64,000 nt of DNA. Origin: Eledone cirrhosa. Its lineage: Eukaryota. Position 1 is the first letter of the stretch. The number at the start of each line of letters is the position of its first letter. The position numbers were made by a program, and so were the translations under genes. Location: the NCBI GenBank assembly GCA_964016885.1, contig OZ024745.1:71734001-71798000 (forward strand), given 5' to 3'. Under the pieces are notes generated by a model. That model saw nothing but the letters and a program-made list of their open reading frames with translations, was not told the origin of the DNA and searched no databases. Below are positions 37,017-48,835 of the stretch, one piece after another.

Positions 37017-39171
37017 GATTCACAACTAGAAAGAAAAATGCAGTTAAGTTAGATAAAAAAAATACATAAAAAGAAACACCAACAATTACTTAGCATATAA
37101 TTGCATGCATGGCTGAGTGATAAAGGAGTTCGCTTCACAGCCAGTTAGTTCTGGGTTCAGTCCTGCTGAGTGGGACCTGGGGCTAATGTTTCTAATTTTG
37201 TCTCGGGTTGACTGACGCCTTGTGATTTGGTAGATGAAAGCTAGAGAAGCTCGTTGTATATCATCGTCATGATTTAACGTCCATTTTCCACGCTAGCATG
37301 GATTAGCCGAAAAGAAATCGATAAAATAAGTACCAGCCTTGAAAAACAAGTACTGAGGTTGATATGATTGACTAAATCAAAGCGGTGTCCCATCATGTCC
37401 GCAAGTAAAAGAAAAAAGAATTTTAATACGCATCTTTTCTTCCTTTGCGAGGAACATATTTACACTTTTGGATAGAAAGGAGAGAACTGAATATAATGCG
37501 CAATAAAGTTATACTAATTCTGAGACAACAAACACCTTAAAAAAATATTAGCTATTAGCTAATTTCGTTTTTCGCTCACTTTATTTATGTCCTTTTTCAC
37601 ATATCTAATAGTTTTGGGGGGGGGGGGGGATAACAAAGTATAAACATTAATTTGTGAAAGTGTCCAAGAGCAGAATGTTATATTGTTACAATATGACCAA
37701 TGATAAACCGTGCTTATTATTACACTAGTCTGTCATGGAGTTCTCAGCTGAAGAAAACACAGAAAACGAGTAATTTCTGACGGTTTTGAAGACGAAATTC
37801 GTTCAATATACATTAAAAAATTATAGGAAAAAAATAAAATCCAACCTAAAAATTCAAATGAAACCTATCAACTAACAACCCTTAAAATATTAATAATAAT
37901 ATTAAAATTACTATTACAACAGTCTCAGTGCCGAGTGTAATAATATTTTACCAAAATCGCAACCAATAAAGCTTGTTAGTCGCTCCCTTCAGTGTCTTGA
38001 AGAGAGATTTGTAAACATGACTTTTGTTTAAGGATTTAAATAGCATTGCTTCGAATTAATGGACAATAAGAAAGAAAAAAACAACAACAACAAAGGCTAC
38101 AAAAATACTAGATTCACCAACATGCACAAGAGCTAACTCGGAAAATTCTTGCCAGTCGCTCGAAATCTCCCCCGCAATTCTCTAGTACTGTTTTTAAAGC
38201 ATATTTCTATTACAAAACACGGTCTTAGATATACAGGACATGGAAAATGAAGGGATAGTCACTGCAGGAAGGCTTTGATTAGAGGTGAACATGATCAGGG
38301 CTGATTCGAGGATAAACAAGAACAGAAACATTTGTGAAGTGACAAACATTGTTGTAGCTGCACTACATTAATTTACATTTAAAAATTGTAGAATATCCAA
38401 GTAAATTCACAAACTAAATATTCTAAATTAAACATTGGCGAGACAGACATTGATTTACGCGGAATACAAGAGGACAAATAATAAGAATTTAGATATAAAA
38501 AACATACACAAAGTAACACGTTGATTCTGTATAACGTAATAGTACTGGTTATAAGTCGTTTACCGGTGTCATTTACCACCGGTGTCAATCAAAACTGTTA
38601 TACAAATAATAATGGTCTTAGCAGCGAATTTCTTCCTAGTACATACTATTATTCTACTTTTCAAATCCCGCCGAGGTTGACTTTGCCTTTCATCCTTACG
38701 GGGTCGATAAAATAAAGTACCAATAATGCACTGAGTAATTGCTGGCCTTGTGCCTAAAGTAGAAACAATTATTCTATTTACTAAAAGAATAGCAACTTTT
38801 TTTCAAAAATTGTTTACTTTAAGCCAACATTTTTCATTGGGGATAGTGATAAACACAGGGGTGTATATATATAAGTATACACGATACGTTTATGTATAAT
38901 AAACATACAAGAGTGAAATACGCAATGAATATGTATATACTTCGAAGCATAAAAGAACAAAACTAAAGCAAAATAATCTCTCCCATTTATTTCTTACATG
39001 ATATTTCTTGAACAATAGTATTGTCGGTTACAAAAACCTTGAATTTGATAAAGAATAAGAAAACTGCTTGAATTGGGTTAAATCTTATTTTTGGTCGCAA
39101 TACAAGTGAAACTAATTTACCGGAGTTACCGGACTTATTATAGACTCATACACATACACGATCATACACAC

Positions 39172-39499
39172 CAGAGGTTCCCAAAGTGGGCGCTACTGCC
39201 CCCCCCCCCCCGTGGAGGTGGGGTGGGCGTTGAGAATGTCCGGGGTGTAAGGGCGCAATGGGAGAGGGGTGGTAGAGATGATATAATAGTATATTAAATA
39301 CCGAATGATACATATTAAATATAAATATAGTAAAATAAAAAATATATAATATTTATCTATACATAGTATTTATATTATTTATTATATATAAATTAACGAT
39401 TTTGTGTTGGCAGGTGTTTTCTGAAATAGGGCTGGAGGCGCTGAGGATATTGCGTGGCCATGTGGGGGTGTTGTGGCCAAAAAAGTTTGAGAACCTCTG
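39172..39499. mobile_element. hAT (Charlie-like) MITE
   Basis: TIRs CAGAGGTTCCCAAA / TTTGAGAACCTCTG; TSD not clear. Confidence 0.55.
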
Positions 39500-39638
39500 A
39501 TATAGGCAGATAGATATCACCATAGTAACTAACTATACTGTAAGTTACGCTTTCCCGCGGATACTTCAAGCTTGTTGCGAACCGTTATTGCTGGCTTGCG
39601 TGTTCGTTACGCGAGACACCATTCGTGAACCGAGGTTC

Positions 39639-39680
<42 letters not shown>

Positions 39681-40386
39681 CAAGTAAGTATGTTTTGAAA
39701 CAGTGAGCAGGTTTAAAATTAGAAAATAGAATAGCTTTCACCGTATTTTTGACTAAAGAAATTTTAGCCTGATAATGGGGTTTAGAACCCTCAGATAAAT
39801 GGAAAAAGATGAGTATTGACGTACATGGGAGTCAAACCCACATCTTTGGTTATCCAGACCACTGTGCTACCATTACACCAACACATCACCCATCTCCTTC
39901 CATTCAAATTAGAAGCTACATTCTTAGCGAGTATAAAATGTTTCAAAACATACTTACTTGTCATTTATACAAAGATGTGGGTTCGACTCCCATGTACGTC
40001 AATACACATCTTTTTCCATTTATCTAAACCCCATTATCAGGCTAAAATTTCTCTAGTCAAAAATACGGTGAAAGCTATTCTATTTTCTAATATATATATA
40101 TATGAGTTCTGCCGTCGGGGTCATACTTTTTCCTATTACCCACTCTACAACCCTAAGTATTGAGTACTCTGATGCGTTATGGTCCATCTGGTTCCTTACC
40201 ACAATTCCTTCGTTATATATATATATATCACGATAAATTAACGGAGCCATAGACTCTCGTTATTCCCTGTAAATTATATGCTCAAAGGAAAATGAATCCT
40301 GAACTCTTTAAAATACAATATGTTGAAGGGTAACACTCTAGTGTGTTACCCTTTCAACATATTGTATTTTAAAGAGCTCAGGATTC

Positions 40387-40878
40387 TTTAGGAGATTAGT
40401 ATCGGTGTACATATATGCATTATCAGAAATGAAAATAAATGCTGGTGTGTGTTGTGACAAGGTTTTACTTCACAGAAGTCAAATGGATTAATATAAATAA
40501 ATGGTTACCCGTTGGTCACAACTCGTAGGCTGAAGTGTGTGGAGAAGAACAGAGATTTTCTCTTGGAGGTGTTAACATTTTCTTAGGCTGCCGATGGCAT
40601 TCTTCTTGAGTGGCGAAGGAAATGAGGCAGGAATTGTTCTTCTTGATGGCGAAGGAAATGAGACAGGAGTAATCTCATGACAAGGTCGCAGGTGTTGTTA
40701 ACACTTTGGGATTCAGGAGGAGAGAGAGTGAGATCGCCCTGACCTGTCCCTTTTATAGGGTCTCAGGACGGAAGTGACAAAAAGGGTTCTGCCAGCCCAA
40801 CGGGAAGTAACTCCAGCTACTTCCTGTCTAGAGAGCGGTGATGTGATTGTCATAACAAGGGAGTCAACTCTTGCTACA
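40387..40878 (-). repeat. 3' LTR
   Basis: Preceded on the minus strand by the polypurine tract GGCGGGAGATAA (40879-40890). Confidence 0.93.
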
Positions 40879-42039
40879 TTATCTCCCGCCAGATTTTTAA
40901 AATATAAAAATCGAATGAACCATGTATGGAGTAAGATGGCGAGCATGTTACAGGCATGAAAATTACGAAAAAAATAATGTTTGCAATAAAAGGAAAACAG
41001 CAAAATATATGCATGCAAAAATCAATGATAGATATCAAGGTAGCCAACCGCTCTTGGCCAGAGAATGACTGGACATCTATCTATCCATCACTCAAAGATA
41101 CAATGTAATCAAAGTAAAAGAAGAGGTCAAAGTTCAAATGTTCAAAATACAGTTCACAGGTGTGCAATCAGATGACAGCAGGAAAGAAAGTGTGTTCTCC
41201 AGAGAATGGATGCAGGTGGTCTTTAGACTGTGGTACAACGTGAAATTCGGTGGGATTTTCTCACAGGAAGAGTGCTGCAAAAATAAATTCTCTGGCTTGT
41301 TCTGCTGGTTTTGGCTGTTGATGAAGCTGTGTTGTTGTTGTTGATGTTGTGTTGTTGTTGATGTTGTTGTCTCGCGGAGTGAGCGTATTCGATGTTGTTT
41401 AAATTCACAGTAAAAATTTTCCCAGAAAAAATGAGTTGCGCAAAGTGCTAGAAATAACAGCCACAGTTGATGGTCGATGTTGAGAATGCGTTGACCTGGA
41501 AGGGTCAAGAGGCCAGCGACCAAAGAAATAAGCATTCTGAATAAATGCGCAGTTTTCAACGGCAAATTTACGAGGTAAATTTTTAAACCGGCAAATAGGA
41601 GAATATAGCTTAAGGCTGGAGAATCCTTGGCAAGAAATATTATCTATGGCGTGTGTTATCTCAGTGAGTCGAGATGTGTGCTCCCCACACGTGCCGAAAC
41701 AAGGTTAAAGTCAAGTTATGATGAAAAAGAAAGAAAGGCTTCACTTGGTTTAACAAATATGGCGAGTTCAACTTTTTTGTGAACGATGAAAAATGCTTGG
41801 CGGAAAGAATAAGCAATAGTTGAGATTCAGCGAAAATAAATGTTCATGTTGAAATGTGTAAAAAAAAATCAAATTTCTTTTTTTTTTTTTAATGTTCGTT
41901 GTAAGAAGAAACGAAAAACATATATATACATCCAGTGAAATGGTAATGAGAGGTACATAGTAATACAATAAATAAATAAATAAATAAATAAATAAAAAGA
42001 ACAACAAAAAAAAAATAATAAGGCTCCAGTGGCCAGTTC

Positions 42040-45000
42040 ACATGAAAACAGTTTGGCAGAACTTTTTGGGCCAGTAGACTCTTCGACCGGAACGGGTCGT
42101 GGTCTTGTATGTAGGTGAAGGTGGGGCAGAAGGAGCAGGTGTATGCACAAGAGAGAAAGATTGGGGTATTTGTGGCTCGTGTGTATGAGCGTCATTGTGT
42201 GCCCTTTTTAGTCTATCCACCGAAATTGTCTCTCTACAGTGAAATGTTTGTCAGTACGTGCTAACACACGGTAGGGTCCAGAGTATGGTTGTGTGAAGGG
42301 TGGTCTCACAGCATCGTTCCTTACGAACACATGGGTCCACGAGGCAATTTCCCTCGGGACCGCAGGTTTTACAGTTTGTTTCCTCGTATCCATCGGCGGC
42401 AGGTCCTGAAAATAAGAACGCAGACGGGATACGTAGGAAAGCGGATCTTGGAAAGCAAGATCAACAGGGGAAAACATTTGTCCAGGCAACGCTAGAGGAG
42501 CACCGTAAAGTAATTCGGCCGGGGAGAACCCCAGGTCCTCCTTTATTGATGATCGAATTCCTAACAACACAATAGGAAGGTACTCGCTCCAACGTTGAGA
42601 GTCTGACTAGGCGCGAAGAGCGGCCTTTAATTGGCGGTGGAATCGTTCCACCATTCCGTTTGAAGTAGGATGATAGGCTGTGGTCCGAATCCGTTGAGTC
42701 CAATTATCTTTGTGAGCTCAGAGAAGAGATGGGACTCGAATTGTCTACCACGGTCTGTGGTGACTGTAGTTGGTACCCCAAAGCGGGTAATCCACCCTGA
42801 TACCAGGGCACGTGCTACAGTCTCAGCAGTCATATCTTGTAAGGGGATGGCTTCAAGCCATCGCGAAAAACGATCGACACAGGTCAATATGTATGAATAT
42901 CCACTGCTGAATGGCCAAAGTCCAACGAGGTCAATGTGTATGTGCTGAAACCGAGCATCAGGAGTACTGAAAGTACCAAGCGGAGTCCGGATGTGTCTAT
43001 GGATTTTCGATTTCTGGCAAGCGATGCAGGAATGGCACCAAGCAGCAATGTCGCGCCTCATATTTGGCCAGAAGAATCTGGCTGTTATGAGCTTTACTGT
43101 GGCAGCAGATCCTGGGTGAGAAATGTTGTGCAAAGCCAGGAACACAATTCGACGGTGAGTCTCAGGAACAAGTGGTCGTGGTGAATCCGTAGATACATCA
43201 CATAGAATCTGCCTGTCGGTGGTGGACAAGGGCAGATATTTGAAAATGCAAGTCGCAAATTCAGCAGAAAGAGTGTCAAACGATTGGAGTGCAGGTTGGT
43301 CTGCAGCTAAACGACCTAAGTCGATCTCCTGGGATGACGAGATGGAGCTTATTGACAAACGTCATCCCAGGAGATCGACTTAGGTCGTTTAGCTGCAGAC
43401 CAATAGCTGCTATGTTATGCGAGCCAGCAATGTGCTGGATATCGTTTGTAAATTGTGAAACGTAGTCCAGGTGCCTTGTCTCTCTGGGCGAATATCTGTC
43501 GGCTTTAGCCCTCAAAGCAAAGGTCAACGGTTTGTGGTCGGTAAAAACTGTAAAATTTCTCCCCTCAAGAATATGAGAGAAATGTTTCACCGACAGATAT
43601 ATGGCTAATAATTCTCGCCCAAACGTGCTATAACGCGTTTCTGCTGGTTTTAGCTTCCTCGAGAAAAATGCCAAAGGTTGTTGGTTTCCAGCGTAGAACT
43701 GCTGTAAAACTGCTCCCACAGCGGTATCAGATGCATCAACACAAAGCGAAAGCTTGGCCTCTGGTACCGGGTGGGCTAGCAAAGATGAACTAGCGAGTGC
43801 TGTCTTGGCAGTCTGGAAGTCTTGAAGCTGTCCTTGTGTCAAGGAAATATCCTCATTCTTCTTACGACGATTTTTCAAAATGTCAGTAAGGGAAGATAGC
43901 AAATTAGCACAATGAGGAACGAAACGCCTATAGAAATTAATTAGGCCTAAGAAGTGACGCAACTGGTGAAGTGTAGTAGGCGGAGGTAACTCCTGTATGG
44001 CTTGAACTCCCTGAGGGAGCGGCCTAATACCTTCGGCGTCGATGAGGTGGCCCAAAAAATTTAGGGAAGTGGAACCGAAAACACACTTTGCTGGATTCAC
44101 ACGAACGCGGTAATCCTGAAGTCGCCGAAATAAGAGATGCATGTGGCGCATATGCTCTTCCGGAGAGGAACTAGCGACGAGAATATCGTCTATGTAAGCA
44201 TAAACGAAGTCCAGACCACGAGTGACCTCGTCTATGAACCGCTGAAAAGTGCTAGCGGCGTTCCTGAGTCCGAAAGGCATGGTAAAAAATTCGAAGGATC
44301 CGAAAGGGGTTGTAATCGCTGTTTTCGGAATATCCTCTTTCCTGACCGGAATTTGGTGGTAGGCTCGCACTAAATCTAGCTTTGAAAAAAATCTTACACC
44401 CCTGCAGTGAAGATGCAAAATCCTGGAGATGGGGAATGGGATACCTATCCGGGACGGTCATGGCATTTAACCTCCTATAATCCCCAGTGGGTCTCCAGTC
44501 GCCGGAAGTCTTGGGCACCATGTGTAACGGTGAAGCCCAAGGACTCGTAGATGGGCGAATAATGCCCAGCTGCAGCATATGGTCGAACTCGGACCGTGCT
44601 GCCTTTAATTTTTCTGCCGGTAAGCGGCGTGGACGCGAAAACACTGGAGCACCGGTGGTGGAAACGAAATGTTCGGTCGAGTGTGTTGGCTCAGTGACTC
44701 GAAAATTTCCATCCGTGAGCTCCAGGAAAGAACCCAGCAACGAATGGTAGGCGTCTCCAGCGGCAGAGACAAAGAATATGGGGCTGACTATTGGAGCATT
44801 GGCTTCCCGGCCATGAATTGAAAAACCGGTGATGTTATCCACCAGGCGTTGGCCACGGACGTCCACAGTCAAAGAGAAGTTGTGTAGGAAATCCGCTCCT
44901 AAGATGGGGTATGGCAAATCGGCAACCGTAAAAATCCACTTAAAATCCCTAGGAAGATTTAGGAATTTGAGAGGAAGCGAGATTTGCCCGTACGTCTTTA

Positions 45001-45223
45001 TATACGAGTGGTTAACTGCCTGCAGCGTAACAGATGACTCTATGGGGTTATCTTTCAGGCAATGGACCGGCCAAATACTACAGGAGGCTCCTGTATCCAC
45101 GAGGAAACCTCTTCCCGACATTAGGTCCTTAATGAAGAAATGGCGGTTTGGTGGATTTATGTTGAGGTCAACTGTCCCCATCAGCGGACCTCTTAGGCGT
45201 TTCCCGCCTTGTGAAACGAGCAA
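42040..45223 (-). pseudogene. Gypsy pol (PR-RT-RH-IN), frameshifted
   Basis: ORF pieces 44252-45223, 43276-44418, 42627-43358 and 42208-42570 (GPY motif), ending TTRSGRRVYWP. Confidence 0.92.
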
Positions 45224-45986
45224 GGTTGCACGCAGTGGTTCGCGCTCTCAGCAAATCGCTCGTGGTACCAGCATAAAGATGAAGCTGGTGATTTTGAACG
45301 ACGTCTAAAAATTTGCGATCTCCCGCGACTGCGGGGGCGCGAACGGGCACCACACAAGGCCTTCATCTTGTGGAGCTCTATGGTGAGTTCCTGAATAGAC
45401 TTTTGCATCGCCATAATGGTTGAGCTGTCTATTGGCGCTGCCGCGTAGATGGCATGGCCGAGTGTGGCCCGAGCTGGGTGGTGAACAGCGGCAAGGGGTT
45501 CGCTGCCTCCGGCACTCGTCACCTCGAAAACTTTGTCCGCAGGGGCGGCAAGCTGATCCACTGTGCTTGTATCCCTCATGGGGGCCAACATTGCTTGTAT
45601 GTTGGTCGGTAGGCGCGAGAAGAACAACTGCTTCAGCTGGGCAGTTTCCGCTACCGACCCCTCCGTTAGGTCCTTCATTCGCCTTAGGAGGTTCGATGGG
45701 TGCCATCCCCTATATGCTCCAGATGGACCAGAGCCCTAAACCTTTTTTCTGCAGACTGTTCTGTCCGGCTGATTATTTCAGCCTTCAGAGATGTGTACGT
45801 CGAGTCTGTGGGTGTCTCTAACACCAGGTCCTTAATCGCTGGGAGAATTGCCGGCGGAATTGCACTAAGGACCAGAGGACGTTGTAGTGCCTCGTCAACT
45901 CTGTTCGCCTCGATAAATGCTTTGAGTTGGGCGAACCATAGCCTTACGTCGCCCGTGTACCTTGGCAGAACAGAATGAGAAGCCAT
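45193..45986 (-). pseudogene. Gypsy gag (frameshifted)
   Basis: LWFAQL...YTSLKAEII, LKQLFFSRLP, terminal CWYHERF..C..PC knuckle. Confidence 0.85.
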
Positions 45987-46124
45987 TGGTATACCGTAGG
46001 TAATTTACCAAGAACAAAAAAAAATAATAATCGTCTCCGTTTGGAAAAATGTCTCCAACACAACAGAAAAGGAAAACAAAATCGCTTATTTTTCTCTGTC
46101 AAAAAACTGGACAGGAAAAATAAT

Positions 46125-46309
46125 AGTTTCTACTTTAGGCACAAGGCCAGCAATTACCCAGTACATTACTGGTACTTTATTTTATCGACCCCGTAAGGAT
46201 GAAAGGCAAAGTTAACCTCGGCGAGATTTGAATTCAGACTGTAAAGGGACGTAACTATGCTAGAAAGCATGGCGTCCAACCCTCTACCGATACTGCCAAT
46301 TCACCGACC
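46125..46309 (-). mobile_element. tRNA-derived SINE (Meta-domain-like core) inserted in the Gypsy leader
   Basis: 19-bp TSD ACTGGACAGGAAAAATAAT (46106-46124, 46310-46328); core GCCTTTCATCCTTACGGGGTCGATAAAATAAAGTACCAG. Other copies near 3530, 3720, 23950, 25850, 36030, 36215, 38660, 49900, 57180, 57850 and 63100. Confidence 0.88.
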
Positions 46310-46670
46310 ACTGGACAGGAAAAATAATGCATCCGGGACAATATGCAAAGAAGCGACTAACTGAATGATGTTATTACTAAGGTAAGGGCAAGGAACTTAA
46401 AACAAAATCCAACATGGCGGACTATTTCGCGCCAAAAACACTAATGAAGGAGAAGAAAGGTTCCATCTTGTCATCCTCAAAATGTTTAGTCAGAGAAGAG
46501 AAGAGCAGAAAAGGAAAAAAAAAAGGCAAAAACATTCATACAATTGCTGTTTGTTTGTGTGTTAATAACTGTAGGTGTTCGTTTTGTATTAAATGTTTTT
46601 TTTTCTTTCTTCTCTTTTTTTTATATACACCTTGTACTATTTCCCTTTTTAAAAAAAAAAAAAAAAAAAA

Positions 46671-46688
46671 TCACGTCGGGGGTCACCA
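46671..46688 (-). promoter_or_regulatory. Primer binding site, tRNA-Trp type
   Basis: TGGTGACCCCCGACGTGA 1 nt after the LTR, complementary to the eukaryotic tRNA-Trp 3' end apart from one extra C. Confidence 0.85.
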
Positions 46689-46689
46689 C

Positions 46690-47181
46690 TTTAGGAGATT
46701 AGTATCGGTGTACATATATGCATTGTCAGAAATGACAATAAATGCCGGTGTGTGTTGTGACAAGGTTTTACTTCACAGAAGTCAAATGGATTAATATAAA
46801 TAAATGGTTACCCGTTAGTCACAACTCGTAGGCTGAAGTGTGTGGAGAAGAACAAAGATCTTCTCTTGGAGGTGTTAACATTTTCTTAGGCTGCCGGTGG
46901 CATTCTTCTTGAGTGGCGAAGGAAATGAGGCAGGAATTCTCCTTCTTGATGGCAAAGGAAATGAGACAGGAGTCATCTCATGACAAGGTCGCAGGTGTTG
47001 TTAACACTTTGGGATTCAGGAGGCGAGAGAGTGAGATCGCCCTGGCCTGTTCCTTTTATAGGGTCTCAGGACGGAAGTGACCAAAAGGGTTCTGCCAGCC
47101 CAACGGGAAGTAACTCCAGCTACTTCCTGTCTAGAGAGCAGTGATGTGATTGTCATAACAAGGGAGGCAACTCTTGCTACA
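46690..47181 (-). repeat. 5' LTR
   Basis: TGTAGCAAG...CTCCTAAA; about 17 mismatches to the other LTR counted by eye. Confidence 0.93.
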
Positions 47182-47457
47182 ATTCCTTTTCCTTTGAGCA
47201 TATAAGTTACAGGGAATAACGAGAGTCTATGGCTCCGTTAATTTATCGTGATATTTCGCTCCTTATAACAGTCTTTCCTCTCTCTCTGTTTGGTTGAGCA
47301 CATTTCTTTGAGTGTTTTTTTTGGGCTGTCCTTTCTAGCAGCTCGTCCCTCAGATACCACTGGTTCACTGTCCTACGCACGCTCTCACATCTCTCTGCTG
47401 CGTGTTGCTGGACGGTTGTCTTAGGTTTTCTTAGAGTTGTCTGGGATCTATCGTCTT

Positions 47458-47541
47458 ACACGCGCTGATGACCCATAGAACGATTCCATTTCAGTCAACA
47501 ATTTCCTGGCGAAACAGATCTCTTTGGATTTGTACGCGTGT
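47458..47541 (+). ncRNA. Type I hammerhead ribozyme with degenerate stem II
   Basis: ACACGCG-CTGATGA-(CCCA...TGGC)-GAAA-CAGATCT CTTT GGATTTG-TA-CGCGTGT. Perfect 7-bp stem I, good stem III, GUA at 47532-47534, C-C mismatch at the base of stem II. Confidence 0.7.
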
Positions 47542-47699
47542 GTTATATAGTTATAGAGGTGCGTATATGCATTTTAATTTATATTTTTAATTATTGTGTG
47601 TCTACCCAGCCTTCCATAGGTTATAGATTCCATACACTGTTTTTTTCCCCTGTTTTATTGATGGCACATGATCTCTCTCTCTAGTGTGTTACGCTTTCA

Positions 47700-47750
<51 letters not shown>

Positions 47751-47880
47751 ATTATTTCAACGGTTCTCCCATGCAATCAAGATGTAATTTATGCATTTAT
47801 TGTTGTTATGAGAACGGTATCTTCAGATGAAATTCGATTTTGTGATATGCCGCCGGCAGGAAAAAAACATCCTTCTGCTC

Positions 47881-47953
<73 letters not shown>

Positions 47954-48254
47954 TATATAAGTGGTAACACAACAGTTTGTTTACCATACCGAGAACAATT
48001 GTTTCACCTTAGTGAAGGCACATGAGATTACATAAGGATGGCATCACACAAACTGACCCAATCAATCCAATAGAGAGCATATCTTTTGTCTGTAGACCGT
48101 GCAAATCTTCAGCTGAACGTAAAAGCCACCTATAGAGAGAGTCGGTTTCTAACATAGACACAAGGCTCTTTCATTGGAATTTAAACAACATCAACTATGT
48201 AGATATGTATGCATTTCTGAATGTGTGGGTGTGTGTTTAGGTATAGATGTTACC

Positions 48255-48455
48255 AGTGGCAGACTGGGTCTAAAAGTATTGGTACCCATATAGAATGCTA
48301 TCATTTAATTTTTATAATGAATAAATAACATTTTCGAAAAATACTTAAGTGGAAACAAAACAGTGCAATCAAATGTTTGCGGAAAAATATCTTACCTTCT
48401 CCAATAAAAAATATTATGTATTTTGCGAAATCCAGAGACTTTCAATAACGACCAG
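48255..48455 (+). repeat. ~200-bp dispersed repeat (hAT-like terminus), second copy at 50081-50303
   Basis: CAGTGGCAGACT / TAGTGGCGGACT start and near-identical body. Confidence 0.65.
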
Positions 48456-48835
48456 AAGTCGACCCTAAGTATTACTAATAGCTCTAGGAAATCCACGAAC
48501 GACACCACATCTTTTTAACGTATGAAAGTATGTTTATAACTTTTGAAAGTATGTTTATAATTATCAATTTTCATTATACTTTCGTAGTTGTCACGGTGGC
48601 CTAGTTGGAGGAATCATAGACGGTGTGGATCCGGGTCTGAAGTTCGATCCTGGTCGGGAGTAGGGTTCCCGGTAAACCCTTTCAGTTTTTTTCTATTGGT
48701 TGTAAAATAAAAACTGAAAAAGGTTACATTTACCTCTTGACCAGGATTGAACTCAAGGCCAGCATCTCCACCATCTCTAGTACCTACGGCTAGGCCACAG
48801 AGACAACTACAAAAAATCTTATGAAAATTAATACT

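Larger units (their letters stand above)
40387..47181 (-). mobile_element. Full-length decayed Ty3/Gypsy LTR retrotransposon
   Basis: Two 492-bp LTRs; 4-bp TSD ATTC (40383-40386, 47182-47185); PBS, PPT; gag then PR (FLVDTGAS), RT (YAYIDDIL), RNase H (DAS, RELLAI, TDHKPL), IN ([20 protein letters not shown]); several frameshifts. Confidence 0.96.
40228..47701 (+). mobile_element. Non-autonomous hammerhead-bearing Penelope-like/retrozyme-type element, split by the Gypsy insertion (parts 40228-40386 and 47186-47701)
   Basis: After removing the Gypsy, 40228-40337 is an inverted copy of the following ~110 nt. CTAGTGTGTTAC(C/G)CTTTCAACA recurs at 40338 and ~47680 as a direct repeat (monomer about 540 nt). 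Internal hammerhead. (TA)n on both sides. Confidence 0.6.

Noticed and set aside
37940-38170. Non-coding first exon and promoter of PRPF31
   Set aside because: Plausible donor TTG/GTAAAA near 37951, but it cannot be fixed without transcript data.
39826-39885. Functional tRNA gene (also at 48590-48665)
   Set aside because: A and B boxes present but no proper acceptor or anticodon stems; treated as SINE-like heads.
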